Shown here: in pieces, positions 12,561 to 25,778 of the stretch
How the letters are laid out: every line of letters starts with the position of its first letter
Numbering within the stretch: the stretch's first letter is position 1
NCBI RefSeq assembly: GCF_006345805.1
Contig: NC_042999.1
Coordinates: 92,690,001 to 92,754,000 of the forward strand
Direction: 5' to 3'
DNA length: 64,000 bases
Origin: Octopus sinensis
Taxonomy: Eukaryota
Translations under genes and position numbers: made by a program
The notes under the pieces: model-generated
The model's input: the letters and a program-made list of their open reading frames with translations, nothing else
What the model was told of the DNA's origin: nothing
Database searches by the model: none

Positions 12561-13378
12561 GAGGGAAAATTTGAACTGATGCATTTTGGAAGAAATTCCT
12601 TACTAAAACAGCCATACTCTCTTCCTTCAGGGGAACCGCTCACAGCCTCTAACAATATCAGAGACCTGGGTGTAATTGTTGATGACGATCTCAGTTGGAG
12701 TGCACACATCAACAATAAGGTCGATATAGCTCGTAGGATGAGTTCCTGGATCTTACCACTTTTCTCCCCCTTTGTACGGCCACACCTAGAATACTGCTGC
12801 CCCCTGTGGTCTCCCCATACAAGACAAAACATCTCGAGGATTGAATCACCCCAGAGGGCACTCACCAAACGAATTGAAGGCATGGCTGCTCTCGATTATT
12901 GGGATCGCCTTAAAGCCTTGAAACTCTACTGTCTCCAGCATCGCCGTGAGCGGTACATCATTTGTACGATTTGGAGAATATACCGCCAACTTTGCCCAAA
13001 CGACCTGAACATTAGCTTCAAGGTTCATCCAAGACTGGGACCACGGGCCATATGTCCCCTGCCCAATTCAAGATCACAGCATACATATACACTGCAACAT
13101 AAATTCTTTTCCTCAACTGGCCCTGCCCTATTTAACATTGTCCCGAAAGAGATCAAACAGGAAAAGGATCCCATCAACTTTAAACGGAATCTGGATAGAT
13201 TCCTTCAAGGAATACCAGATAAGCCACCCATAATTGGATACAACTCACCCAACAAAAACTCACTGCTTTAATGGACCATAAACAAAACTTGACTTAAACA
13301 GGATTTAGATAATCCTATCAGGTGGTGCTATTAAGTTAGACATGGCCTGGACGAATCTTTGGTCGAAACATATCTAAG
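12561..13378 (+). mobile_element. 5'-truncated CR1-like LINE: RT C-terminus open to its stop, plus 3' UTR
   Basis: IRDLGVIVDDDLSWSAHI, FVRPHLEYCCPLWSP, YWDRLKALKLYCLQHRRERY, GPALFN, LDRFL..IPDKP. Apparent short internal deletion after SWIL. The 3' UTR ends in (TA)n. Confidence 0.92.
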
Positions 13379-13381
13379 TTT

Positions 13382-13443
<62 letters not shown>

Positions 13444-13446
<3 letters not shown>

Positions 13447-13758
13447 CACTCCGTCGGTTACGAGGGTGAGGGTCCCAGCTGATACGATCGACGGAACAGT
13501 CTGGTCGTGAAATTAGCGTGCAAGTGACTGAGCACTTCACAGACACTTGTACCCTTAACGTAGTTCTGAGGAAATTCAGCGTGACGCAGAGTGTGACAAT
13601 GCTGGTCCTTTGAAATACAGGTACTACTCATTTTTGCCTGCTGAGTGGACTAGAGTAACGTGAAATAAATTGTCTTGCTCAAGGGCACAACGCATCGCCG
13701 GGATTGAACTCACGACCTTACGATCGTGTGCCAAAAACCCTACGCCATGCGCCTTCAC
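13444..13758 (-). mobile_element. tRNA-derived SINE of a third family (Meta/V-like central domain)
   Basis: rc: gtgaaggcgcatggcgtaggg..gagttcaatcccggcg (B box), then gtgcccttgagcaagacaatttatttcacg..gtccactcagc. Confidence 0.75.
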
Positions 13759-13813
13759 ACACACACACGCACACACATACATACATACATACATACATAC
13801 ATACATACATACA

Positions 13814-13846
<33 letters not shown>

Positions 13847-13857
13847 GTATGTATGTG

Positions 13858-13906
<49 letters not shown>

Positions 13907-14839
13907 GTATGTATGTATACACACTTCTTTTCTTGGAACAATGAAAGCTCTATATTTGCATGCTGTTAATTATATCTTTCTGTGCTTCGAGATATACTGT
14001 TTAAGATCTCTCCAAACTTTATTAATTTCTATTATAAAATTGTCATTATACTTGTGACTGTGCGCAAACTGAAACAATAGCATCGTGAACTAAGAATTAT
14101 AGAAACAAATTATTATATTCTTTTTTTCAGTTATTATTATGTGATATTCTGTATTTTTACTTATGAACACAATTATAATTGGTCAAAAGCACCTCTCCCT
14201 ATTACTGTCACAAATTCCTAGAAGGGTAGTTCTGCTATACTTTTATTCTTTTACTTGTTTCTGTCACTTGACTGCCGTCGTGCTGGTTGGGATTACTTCC
14301 ATCGTATCGGTCAGCCTCTTTCTTTGTCTCTTTCATAGTCTGTCTGTCTTTCTCCCACCTTTCTCTCTCTCTCTTCTCTCTCATAGTGTATGCAACCGTT
14401 CTATTCAAATTGATGTTCATTTTATTCGGGATACCAATGCTTAAGATATCATTTATTTTGTCTCTCGTTATACACCTATTCTCTTAACCTTGCATCTCAA
14501 TCATTTTTCTACATAATCTCACACACTGTCGCTAGAAGTGCTTCTATATTGTTAGCTTACCGTTTATAACCGTCTTTAAGTACAGGCAGAGATGTTGGTG
14601 AAGCTGATACGTTAGGAAAATCTCGAACCACACTCCAATGCGTTTTATTACTACCATTATTTTCTCCATCGTGTTAGTGGTATTTCTTACTATTACAGTT
14701 TTCTAAGCATTTGTTTATTTGATCGCTATAGCGTCTGTTACTTTTATAGCTCTCTAGTCCCTTGATGGCTGGAAATGTCGTCTGACATTTCTTTATGACT
14801 TTTCTGACTTTCATGTTGTTTCTGTCGTTTAGTAACAGG

Positions 14840-14929
14840 TCAGCTGGAATCGAACACACTTGTATGATAAACGGCGTTCCTGTAGTCATCATAGTAACTG
14901 TTCTCCTGAATAGTATATCTTCCTTTTTT
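14840..14929 (-). CDS. Candidate terminal coding exon KKGRYTIQENSYYDDYRNAVYHTSVFDSS* (resembles a receptor cytoplasmic tail)
   Basis: AG acceptor at 14930-14931, non-repetitive Tyr-rich 29-codon frame with an NxxY motif, and AATAAA ~125 nt downstream. No homology identified. Confidence 0.3.
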   Translation of the reverse strand, partial: KKGRYTIQENSYYDDYRNAVYHTSVFDSS

Positions 14930-15233
14930 CTTTGAAACACTATTGTGGTTTGAAAGAGATTTGGTTGCTATTTCTACCAAATCGTGTTAAACTATGTAAA
15001 ACATATTAATTTATTTGCTATAGATTAACGTATATATATTATATTAAAAATGTATGTGTGTAAGCCTACATACATGCATACATACAAACACGTATATATG
15101 TACATAAACATATATATATATAAATATATATATAGGCATGTGTGTGTATATGTATGTATATATGTATGTATGCATGCATATATGTACCTGCCTATCTATC
15201 TATCTATCTATCTATCTAGCTATACATACATAT

Positions 15234-15266
<33 letters not shown>

Positions 15267-16212
15267 TATGTGTGTGTGTGTATATATACATAAGTCTGTG
15301 TATATCAGTGTGTGTGTGTATTAATGTATGTATGTACGTGTTTATGGATGTGTGAACAGAAAAATGAGATTTACTTTCACACACGAATATGTTAGGTAAC
15401 TGTCAACCCAACAAATTGAAATTCTGTCTAAAAGGTTAAAATTCACTTCAACCCAACACTGTTTCAACATGGTTGAAATAGGAATCTTTACGAATATAGA
15501 AATTTTTACTTAAGGGACATTTTTCGGCAAAACAATTCCCAACAATTAAATTAAACATACTAAAAGTAGCTATGATGAAAAAAATAACAAGATTCAAAAT
15601 TATATATAAATGAAGATTCATGAGTTTTGTTAAAGTCAATATAAATATTTTTAATAAATCATCATGTGCACAGTGACATCACATCATCTCAATGAATCAA
15701 GGGAACACAAAAGCTCTCAAAGGAGAAATTATTTTCCATAGTCCAAATACAATTTGCATAGTCATGTTCGACTTTACCATAACGTATAAAGGAATAATTA
15801 ACTATGTCATTGTTTTGATGAATGAATTTTCTTTGCTACAATCTATCTTGTAATTTGCTTTACTAAATTCTAACCAATATTCTAACCTATAATTTTGAAT
15901 TGAGTTCGAGGTTTTCTACAACTGTTATATTGTGGGTATAAAATTTTATCGTTATATGTTTATATGCACAGTTTTAGAGGCGAATCTGGTGTTTAAACAT
16001 AAATAATATGTATATAAAGTTTAGTTATAAAGTTGGTATTTTGATGAAACAGTAATTGTGCATTTAACTATAGTGTAATTTGTACATTGACTCGCGGTCA
16101 AGTCTATGTTTACACCCTTGGATTTTGACTGATTTAGAGAATAGCAAAAATAATATGTTTGAAATATTGATATATCCAGACCAGACCTATGATTACAGAC
16201 ATCCTAACAATA

Positions 16213-16432
16213 ATAATCCTTTCTGCTAAAGGCACAAAGCCTGAAATTTGGCGGGAAGGAACAAGTCACTTACATCGAACCCAGTGTTTCACGGATACTT
16301 AATATATCGACCCCGAAAGGATGAAAGGCAAAGTAGACCTGAGCGGAATTTGAACTCACTACGCAGCGACGGGCGAAATGCTGCTAAACATTTCATCCAG
16401 CGTACTAACGATTCTTCCAGCTCGCCGCCTTA
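16213..16432 (-). mobile_element. SINE family C (ggcggcgagctgg head), tail subtype 2
   Basis: rc: aaggcggcgagctggaagaatcgttagtacgc..gagttcaaattccgctcaggtctactttgcctttcatcctttcggggtcgat..aatttcaggctttgtgcctttagcagaaaggattatt. Confidence 0.85.
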
Positions 16433-16453
16433 ATAATAATAATAATAATAATG

Positions 16454-16512
<59 letters not shown>

Positions 16513-16530
16513 TAATAATAATAATAAATA

Positions 16531-17082
16531 AATGCCCTGATGCAGTACCAGGCAGTGGCTCTCATGGCTTCCGATCTTAACATGATTGGAAGTGTTATCA
16601 TGTACATTGCTTTGTCATGGTATAAAAGATGAGCTACAGCAAATATTCTGCTCAATGCCACAGATTTACTTGTCAGTTGTTTAACCTTAACCAGTTGAGC
16701 ATGTCCCTTAGTGGTTGACGATATGCGCATCTCTGATCACAAGCAGAAGTAGTGAGGGAGCATCATAGCCGTGTGCTGAAAGAAATTCTTAGATGTTTAG
16801 ATAATACACCTTTGGAAACATGGGCGTTTCGTTCAACATCCTTAAACAACCCTTATTCAAGGACCTTTTGAGCGGGATGGGCTACTCGACCAGAAGAAAA
16901 TTCTAACTGGGTCACCTGCAAGGTGATGTGCTGCTTACCTTGATATGGGATGACGATGTTGCGCACATAAGGTTGTGATATATGTGCCTGGTGTACCCTT
17001 TTCAGACGGGTAGTCATGATGGGTATATTGGGCTTCGTATATTTTACCCCAGTATCACTTTGATGGCATGCACTGCTCTCTC
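16531..17082. repeat. Unclassified ~550-bp interspersed repeat flanked on both sides by (AAT)n
   Basis: GC-richer block with sharp borders between (AAT)n 16430-16530 and (AATC)n(AAT)n 17082-17120. No meaningful ORF. Recognised only from recollection as an abundant octopus repeat. Confidence 0.5.
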
Positions 17083-17231
17083 AATCAATCAATCAATCAA
17101 TAATAATAATAATAATAATAAAAATCTAACCTTTTTTTTAAACACATTTTGAAAGTTGTTATTTATAGGGACTCGAACGACCTCTTATAGTTCCTCTCGT
17201 TGGCGCGTTTCTCTACAGCTTTTACCTAACA

Positions 17232-17450
17232 TAACTGGTTGCTGTAAAGTTCATAACATTAGGTAAAGGAAAATACAGGGGCATTAGTTAATTATGATGT
17301 TTTTCAACATATTCCCGTCTCAGGTTTATACACTTATTGCAGCAGTCCTTCAGTTTTCCTAAATCCTGTAAAAGAACTCGGAAGGTTGGGCTTCCAACCA
17401 GGTTTTTCACGATAACTTTAAAGCCAGGAAATTTTCAGCATCCCCTCGTA
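17232..17450. mobile_element. Second, older copy of the mariner MITE at 4034-4247
   Basis: Internal sequence is colinear (caacatatt..cacttattgc..aaaagaactc). Right TIR gccaggaaattttcagcatcccctcgta; left TIR decayed. Confidence 0.8.
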
Positions 17451-18777
17451 TAACTGAAAGTTTCTTATCGACGTAGCCTTGGCAGTGTTCATCAAATTCC
17501 CTCTTCCGCATCAATATCCTCCTAAATCTTTCCTATATGGGAATCAATAGGAATTAATATGCTCCTGCCAGATGTTTTACACTAATCTTGCCTTCTTTTC
17601 TACCTATACTTCTCTGTTAACAAAGAATAGATATATTAATCGACTTTCCAACATAGAAGTTCCATTCTATAACTTTCCTTTATAGTCCATCAACATCCTC
17701 TTGAGAAACTCGATGATCAATAATCTTAGTGGCTATATACTTTGAATAATTTCCAAAAGTTCCTGAATGAATCTGCATATAAAAGGGTAAAACCTAACTG
17801 TAACCGCAAGCCAAAGTGAAGTAGCACGCACGGTAGCCCATATGTGGTCGCTAAATTTGCTGGAAATAGCAGTGAAGTCTCTGGATAACATAATGCTTTC
17901 TACCAGGACTGACACTTCCTTGGTACTCGACGAAAACTAATACGAGGCTACAGGCAACAACGCGCGGCAATAATTCAAAATGGTCTATTATTGTTCACTT
18001 AGTATCCCGACCCTGCTATTATACTCTTTTATTTCTATATATAAATCTAGTAGCTTTTGTACATACCGTATAGTTATGATACACAATAGAGCCATTACAA
18101 GCAATTTCGAACGTAAATTAAATCATTATTTAGGAATATTAAGATTACAGTTAAAACAAATGAATTTATAAGCTCAGATATTTATATTTAATTGTAGCTG
18201 TGACTTTATTAAATATTTCTCCAAGATATAATAAATAAAATTAGATCATATGTAATTGTGAATATTTGAATAAATATACATAAACAAATTCAGATAATTG
18301 TTTTTATAGTACGAAATTCATAAAGAAATGTTAGTCGACATATCCAGCCATCAGGGGACTACATAGCCAAAAAAACAACAGACACTAAGGCGACCAGATG
18401 AACATAATTCCACAAAAGAGTTAAAATAAGAAATACCAGTAACAAAATAACATAAACAACAAAAAATAATAATTTAATAAAACAGTAGAGTGTGGTCAGA
18501 GATTCTACTGCTTTATCACCCCAACACCGTGTTAAATAAGTTTATAAAACAAGATAGCAGAATAGACGACGTTGGAAGAGAAGGGTATGAAATTATGAAC
18601 TGAGTAAAAGAGAGAGACCAAGAATGAGAGAGAGAGGATTTATATACATACAGATCTATCAATCTATCTACCTAGATACATATGTGCGCATGAGTCTGTG
18701 TGTGTATGTGTGTATGTATGTATAAATGTATATATGTGTATGTGTGCGCGTATATATGTATATATATATATATATAT

Positions 18778-18845
<68 letters not shown>

Positions 18846-19304
18846 CACGTGTACATGCATACGGCTACACATGCACATGTACATGCGTACAAATTCAAGA
18901 AAGAACTGTACTCAATACGGTATATTTATAGATAAATATATAGACTCTTGAGTCAACCTCTGATTATCTCCGTGTACCTATTTGTATGTATCTATGTACG
19001 TGTGTATGTATGTATGTACGTGTGTATGTATGCATGAATGTATGTATGTATGTATGTATGTATGTATGCATGTATGCATGTATGTATGTATGTATGTATG
19101 TATGTATGTATGTATGTATGCATGTATGCATGCATGTAAGTTAGTATGTTTGTGTGTCTGCATGTATATGTAAATATGTGTATTTTTTTGTATCAATTTT
19201 GTATATATTAGCTTGGTATATATGCATCTATCTATCAATCAATCTGTCTTTTTAAATTTTTTTTTTATTCTTTTCTTACCTTTTACGATCCCTCTTGATC
19301 GAAA

Positions 19305-19420
19305 ACCTACGCCACCCCTTTTTTTTGTTTTTTGTTTTTTTTCATCCCCCAAAAGAAAAGCTCTACCTTGTAACTTGTCCCATCTGTGTGCAGCCCTGTG
19401 TGGCCAATAAAGAAACTTAT
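19305..19420 (+). mobile_element. Solo 3' tail of the ORF1-only element at 36606-38452
   Basis: caaaagaaaagctctaccttgtaa..cccatctgtgtgcagccctgtgtggccaataaa..acttatct is nearly identical to 38380-38452. Confidence 0.9.
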
Positions 19421-19524
19421 CTATATATATATATATATCTGTCTGTCTGTTTGTTTGTCTACTGTCTGTCTGTCTATCTGTCTCTCTGTCTATCTATATA
19501 CGTACATACATAACTATATATGTA

Positions 19525-19567
<43 letters not shown>

Positions 19568-19604
19568 GTACATGCCTAAGTCTCTATCTCTCTCTATATC
19601 TATC

Positions 19605-19706
<102 letters not shown>

Positions 19707-20209
19707 ATATACATATACATACATATATATACATATATTCATATGCACTTATATATATGTACATACATACCTATATATGTATACATGTATGTATATTTTA
19801 TACGCACACACGCACACACACGCACGTTCATACACACCTATACACACACACACGCACACACATGCAAGCACACCGATATTTATGGTGTGAGCCCAAGAAA
19901 AGTTAAGTGAAAATATTTACACTACAACATAGAAGAACTGATAATTTAATGAATTTAATATTAGCAAAAATGTAATATTTTTCCCAATCAACACATTAAA
20001 ACCCTACTGTGTTTATTTATGATGTTAAAAGCAATTATATCAAACAACCTTTTATAAAATACCTGTACTTGCTAACCACAGCTTTTAAAAGATACAATAT
20101 AGTTGTGTATAATTTTAATTGGAAGGTAACGAAAGACATAAATACTTCTAACATATGCTCCAAAATATAATATTCGGAGAATACAAAACTGAATCTATAT
20201 AAATTTACG

Positions 20210-20373
20210 GGCGTAGGCCTAGCTGTGTGGTGAGAAGCTTGCTTTCAAACAAGATGATTCCAGATCAAGTTCGACAACATGACACTTTGGGCAAGTGTCT
20301 CCTACTATAGCTTCGGCCAGGCCAAAGCTTTGTGAGTGGATTTGGTAAACAGAAACTGATAGAACCGGTCGTC
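20210..20373 (+). mobile_element. SINE family A, 5' half
   Basis: Colinear with rc of 12365-12527. Confidence 0.85.
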
Positions 20374-20406
20374 TGTGTGTGTCTGCATATATATATAACT
20401 TTCTCA

Positions 20407-20441
<35 letters not shown>

Positions 20442-20475
20442 TCATCATCATCGTTTAACGTCCGCTTTCCATGTA

Positions 20476-20628
20476 GTTGTGGCTGTGCTTCCTAACGACA
20501 TGGTTCTGGGTGCTCTTGCCCAAGGTGCCACCGCGTGGCACCTTTGGCAAGAGTCTTCTACTATTGCCTCGGCCGAATAAAGCTTTGTCAATGGATTTGG
20601 TTGACGGAAACTGGAAGAAGTCCGTCAT
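20476..20628 (+). mobile_element. SINE family A 5' half with an internal template-switch hairpin
   Basis: ctcttgcccaaggtgcca-ccgcg-tggcacctttggcaagag (20513-20553), arms 17/18 complementary. Preceded by the RTE-type tail catcatcatcgtttaacgtccgctttccatg. Confidence 0.8.
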
Positions 20629-20680
20629 ATATGCTATATATAATCAAAATAAGCAACAAGGATATCCAGAGGTAATGAAG

Positions 20681-20828
20681 TACGATCGTTTCAAGCAACT
20701 CCATTTAATTTAACAATGCAATCATTGCATCAATTTAAATGTAGAGAAATTCTAATTTCTTCGACCGCATATAAACTGATGTAATGATTGCATTGTTCAA
20801 TTAAATGGAGTTGCTTGAAACGATCGTA
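20681..20828. mobile_element. 148-bp MITE with ~52-bp near-perfect TIRs and TA ends (Tc1/mariner type)
   Basis: 20681-20732 vs rc of 20777-20828: 2 mismatches in 52 bp. Confidence 0.9.
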
Positions 20829-20960
20829 TTGCATTACCGCTGGATATCCTTGTTGCTTATTTTGATTTTAACCACCTTATTTTGAAATTGTATGGATAAT
20901 ACCGTACTAAATTCTGGAGCCTCAACTTGATTACCATATTGATCTGAATCTAAATTTTTG

Positions 20961-20997
<37 letters not shown>

Positions 20998-21004
20998 TGT
21001 TTGC

Positions 21005-21055
<51 letters not shown>

Positions 21056-21074
21056 GTGTGTATGCATGTGTGTC

Positions 21075-21285
21075 TGTATTTGACTACCCGCCATCTCTTG
21101 ACAACCGATGCTGGTGTGTTTGCGTCCCCGTAACTTAGCGGTTCGGCAAAACAGACCGATAGAATAAGTACTAGGTTTATAATGAACAAGTGCTGGGGTC
21201 GATTTCTTCGACTAACACCCGTTGAGGTGGTGCTCCAGCATGGCTGCAGTCAAATGACTGAACCAAGTAAAAGAATAAAAGAATA
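21075..21285 (+). mobile_element. SINE family A, 3' half
   Basis: cttgacaaccgatgctggtgtg..ggtgctccagcatggctgcagtcaaatgactgaaccaagtaaaagaataaaagaata. Confidence 0.9.
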
Positions 21286-21947
21286 TATATACCTAAGATG
21301 TATAACATTGTTCTAATTAGAAGAAATAATAGATAATGTTTATTTTGTGTAACATTTTAATGCACTCTCTTCCTACATCTTTTGATTACAACTTTGCGGC
21401 TTAATTCTTTAATTTTCCTTCCCAGTCGTTGTAAAGATCTAATTGTTTCTGCTGTTTCCAACATTTCCTTCTCCGCAACCCCTTGCTTTCTTTGCTCGCA
21501 GCATTCTTGCCTACACATCAATCACCGTCACGTTGTGTTTTTACTAATCCAACCTATCTTGTTTTACATTGCATTCAGTATTCTTGCCAATAAATATAAT
21601 GACCCTCTCGGCTATTTATAACCAGTTTGTGTGCTCCCCCAATTCAAGTGACCTACATGTGTCTTAGAACAGTGCTAGATAAGTGTTCTCTCAGAGAAAC
21701 CTCTCAAAGAGACTTGTGTCTTAAGGGACATAAGGTTTGCTCAGAATGTGGTGGAGATCAAATGAAGTCGAACAACAGTGTCTGACGATCCGCTGTTCAC
21801 ACTGTGAGTGAACTCTGTGTTTTTAGCATACTAATTTCTTTGAGAAGTTATCTCGGCAACAAAATTGAAGCTGGAGCTGTCGCACGTTCTTATATACACT
21901 ATAAATGTTATATACACAGTTTTCATATGACTTTTCAAGTGCGTGCG

Positions 21948-22033
<86 letters not shown>

Positions 22034-23254
22034 ATGTATATATGTATGCGAGTGTCTACATAAACAGAAAACATTGATTATTCTCTTCTCAAAAAATATT
22101 ATTAACGATAGGAAACGTGGTTTTATAAGGAACTGAGAAAACCAGTTTTATAGATTGAGTGGAATTGCAGGCTGGGTGTTTTACCGTATTTTGTTTCAAT
22201 GATTTACACCAATTGAACATGCTAGCGAGGTGAATATCGCCTTTTCTCCCTTTCAGCTAGATCAACAAAATCACAAGGAACTGGCACCGAGTCAATCGAG
22301 TATATCCACCTTCTATAATTTCATGGCTTTGTGCCAATACAATTATATAACGAATTATTAAATCTATATTCATGACGTAATATTTATATTTTAGATGTTC
22401 TGATACAAAATAATAAACAAAGTATATATTTCGACTTTATTTAAAATAGTTTTACAACGATTTCATTTCACACGCAACAAATAGCTGCCTCATTCTTCCC
22501 TCGCCGATGTTTTTTCACTATTTTATTACTCTTATTCTTTATGATCCCTCTCCGTGGATTTAATTACCGTGGTAACCGTTTCGTATCTATTATACATCGT
22601 GTATATGGAGGGCATAAAAAATGTGCATAACATTTCGTATATTGCTTGTATATTAGTTGTAGTTGAACACACTCTTAGTCAAAAGCATTTTCAATTTTCC
22701 GGTTATTCCATCATAATCGCGATTAGAGTCTGTCCGAAAGCGTTATCTTTATTCACCTTATTTAAGATAGTATGATGATTTGAGGGGTTTCAGATGCTAT
22801 TGCTCGCAGTTCAGCCTACTACGTACATACTCCTTTGTCGTACATTTTGTAAACGCAGTTTGTGTAGAAGAAAGCAAACGGTCAATTGTATGAAGTAGCA
22901 GAAACTATTTTAAAATTTTACAGGATCATATCCGTTGTGTTTCGTCATGCGTGGAAGCAATTAATTGGACGCGGTGTGTCTATATACTGAATTTCCTGGA
23001 ATATTCTTACTATATAATTATCAACAGTAGAACATATAACTCTGAACAACTTAACAGAGGATAGTATCTATGTATTAATTTACTAAATTCTGGGGCTCTT
23101 ATAGGACAAAAGATGAGTTAGAGATGTTAATATCGTCATTTATAAAATTAGTATATAGCTTTTAATGGGAAGATCTACAAACAGATTTCTGACTTGCTTT
23201 GGAAAATTTGTTACAATAGCTATCTCCAGAGTCATATCCCAATGATGATCATAT

Positions 23255-23820
23255 TCGTCGCAAAAAATCACGTTAAAAAATCACTGGATTTCGCAATTCA
23301 TTTCAATTATTCCCCAAATTTATTTCCAAGTTATAAAAATTCTTAGCGTACCAGAAATAGGTCGCAAAAGTCACGTGAAAAGATCGCCGAAAACAATCGC
23401 AGTAATGAAAACTTGCAAATCAAAAATTTCAGGATTGTGGGTTCAGATTCAGCCCGGAATGTTTTTCGTTTACTTACGGAGTCGGCTTTTAGATTATAAA
23501 CATTGTTATCGTACAAAAAATTTCCTCTCAAAAAATCACCTTAAAAAATCGCCGCAAACAATCGCATAGTTGAAAACTTGCGAATCTAAAATTTCAGGAT
23601 TGCGGGTCTGGATTCAGTGCGAAATGTTTTTAATTTACGCACGGAGTCAGCCTTTGGATTATAGAAATTTTTATCGTACAAAAAATTCGTCGTAGATAGT
23701 CACGTAAAAAAACAAACATCCTAAAACAATTGCAGTAATGAAAACTTGAGAAACCAAAATTTCAGGATTGTGGATCCGGATTTGGCCCGGAATGTTTTTA
23801 ATTTACTCACAGATTCGGCC
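23255..23820. repeat. Tandem array of ~3.3 copies of a 165-168-bp unit
   Basis: The anchor aaacaat(c/t)gca..gaaaacttg..aaaatttcaggattg recurs at 23391, 23556 and 23724. Confidence 0.9.
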
Positions 23821-24317
23821 TCATTCCAAAATGGTTTGATATGTTAAGCTACGGCCTCTAGGAGTAAAGTTGAAATAGTGTGACACACTGAGGCACTGAC
23901 ATTCGCATTTATTATATTAAATTAGTAATTACAAACAGCCGAATGCACACATGCATTCATATACACGCATGCAAACGCATACTCCCAACGCAAACTCATT
24001 CAAATACACATGTGCACTTATGCTCATATAAATTTTGCTATCCTCTGCTTGTAACTTTCATAGAATTACAAATATTTCTTATTGCGTTTCTTCTTCGTAA
24101 ATATGGACTTTCTACGAACGGAAACATCCAATACTTAAAAGCTTTCGTGCAAAATCCTAGTGTCAATGTCTCCAATTTATGACTATAACTTTGTATCATT
24201 ACTGCCAAAATGTAGATTTATTGAAAAAGTGCTGTCATCAATAACGTGACGCCAGGAATTTGCGAACAATGTTATATAAAGCTTATATTATGCAGTAGCA
24301 ACAATATTTTTTTATCT

Positions 24318-24510
24318 ATTACTTGTTTCATCCCCCAACTACAGCCATGCTGGGGCACCGCCTTCGAGGGTTTTAGTCGGAAGAATCAACTCGGGTACTT
24401 ATTGTTTTAAAAATCTGGTACCTATTCTATCGGTCTCTTCTGCTGAACTGATAAGAGACAGACGTAAGCATACCAGCACCAGTTGAAAAGCGGTTGTAGG
24501 GGAGACACAC
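24318..24510 (-). mobile_element. SINE family A, degenerate 3' half
   Basis: tacttgtttca..cagccatgctggggcaccgcc..tattctatcggtctcttctgctgaac. Confidence 0.75.
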
Positions 24511-25023
24511 ATAACGAAAAGTTAGTGAAGGATAAAGAAGGCAAGGGTGAGTGAAAGGGGTGCTTCGCGTAGGGTGACGCTTTTCTTGTGGGGGTGGGTG
24601 GGTGACACATTTGGGTCCGCTGTATAAGGTATGATAAATGGCAGATGGCAGTTGGCAACTGGCAGGTGATTAAGTCAAGGGCTTCCTCGACGGGTGTACA
24701 CTCTAGTTCCGCCCACTGGAATGAAAGACATTACCAAGCTGGTATGTGTCACTCATGATATATAAGTATATATATATATATATGTTCTCATCAAAGATGA
24801 AAATTCGATGACGCATTAAATTCCGCTAAAGGTGCAACGGTATAAATCGGCTACAAAGTGTGACGTTCATGTCGTTCAACAGAAAGGAATTGAAATCTCG
24901 TCGATGGTAAATTAGAAAAGAACAGTTTGGAAAAACTAAATGTTTACAGAACGAAATATTTATACACACACAGACACAGACACACACACACACATATATG
25001 CGTACGTGTATACATGAGAAGAC

Positions 25024-25075
<52 letters not shown>

Positions 25076-25490
25076 AGATACACACACACACACATATATG
25101 TGTGTGGATGTTAATGGACAAAATAACTTTTTTGGTTGAAGTCGATTTTGTTTTCTTTTGTAATTCGCAATTAAATGAAATCAAAATATATATTTAGTTT
25201 AATTTCAAAACCTCAGTTTTAGATCAATTTCTTTTGATATTTGCTTGGAAACAATTTCATATCGATTTTTTTTTATCGTTTCTCTATTCAAACAATGTGT
25301 TAATTTATAAAACAGATAAATGATTTATTTATTTCTGACATAGCCAACTACAAACAAACAAGCTAAGAAACTAATCATGCGCCTGTACGTACATACATAC
25401 ATTCATACATTCATACAAATATATACGCAAATAAATATATATATACATAAATACAGACATATACATACATATATGTATATATATATGTGC

Positions 25491-25566
<76 letters not shown>

Positions 25567-25581
25567 ACATACACACACACA

Positions 25582-25613
<32 letters not shown>

Positions 25614-25616
25614 CAA

Positions 25617-25659
<43 letters not shown>

Positions 25660-25660
25660 A

Positions 25661-25695
<35 letters not shown>

Positions 25696-25731
25696 ATATA
25701 CATACATATATATATAAACACATATTTATAT

Positions 25732-25778
<47 letters not shown>

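Noticed and set aside
13690-13758. tRNA gene
   Set aside because: A/B boxes are present but there is no cloverleaf, and the sequence continues into a SINE body. The same applies to all SINE heads.
17470-17960. Possible decayed LINE RT on the minus strand
   Set aside because: No diagnostic motif could be recovered by eye.
21390-21510. Minus-strand frame QECCEQRKQGVAEKEMLETAETIRSLQRLGRK
   Set aside because: Purine-rich open frame, but the acceptor lacks a pyrimidine tract and no homology is recognised.
22257-22330. Strong plus-strand acceptor (ccttttctccctttcag)
   Set aside because: No convincing donor or recognisable frame follows.
23255-23820. CRISPR-like periodicity
   Set aside because: Whole monomers are homologous with no unique spacers, the context is eukaryotic and there are no cas genes.
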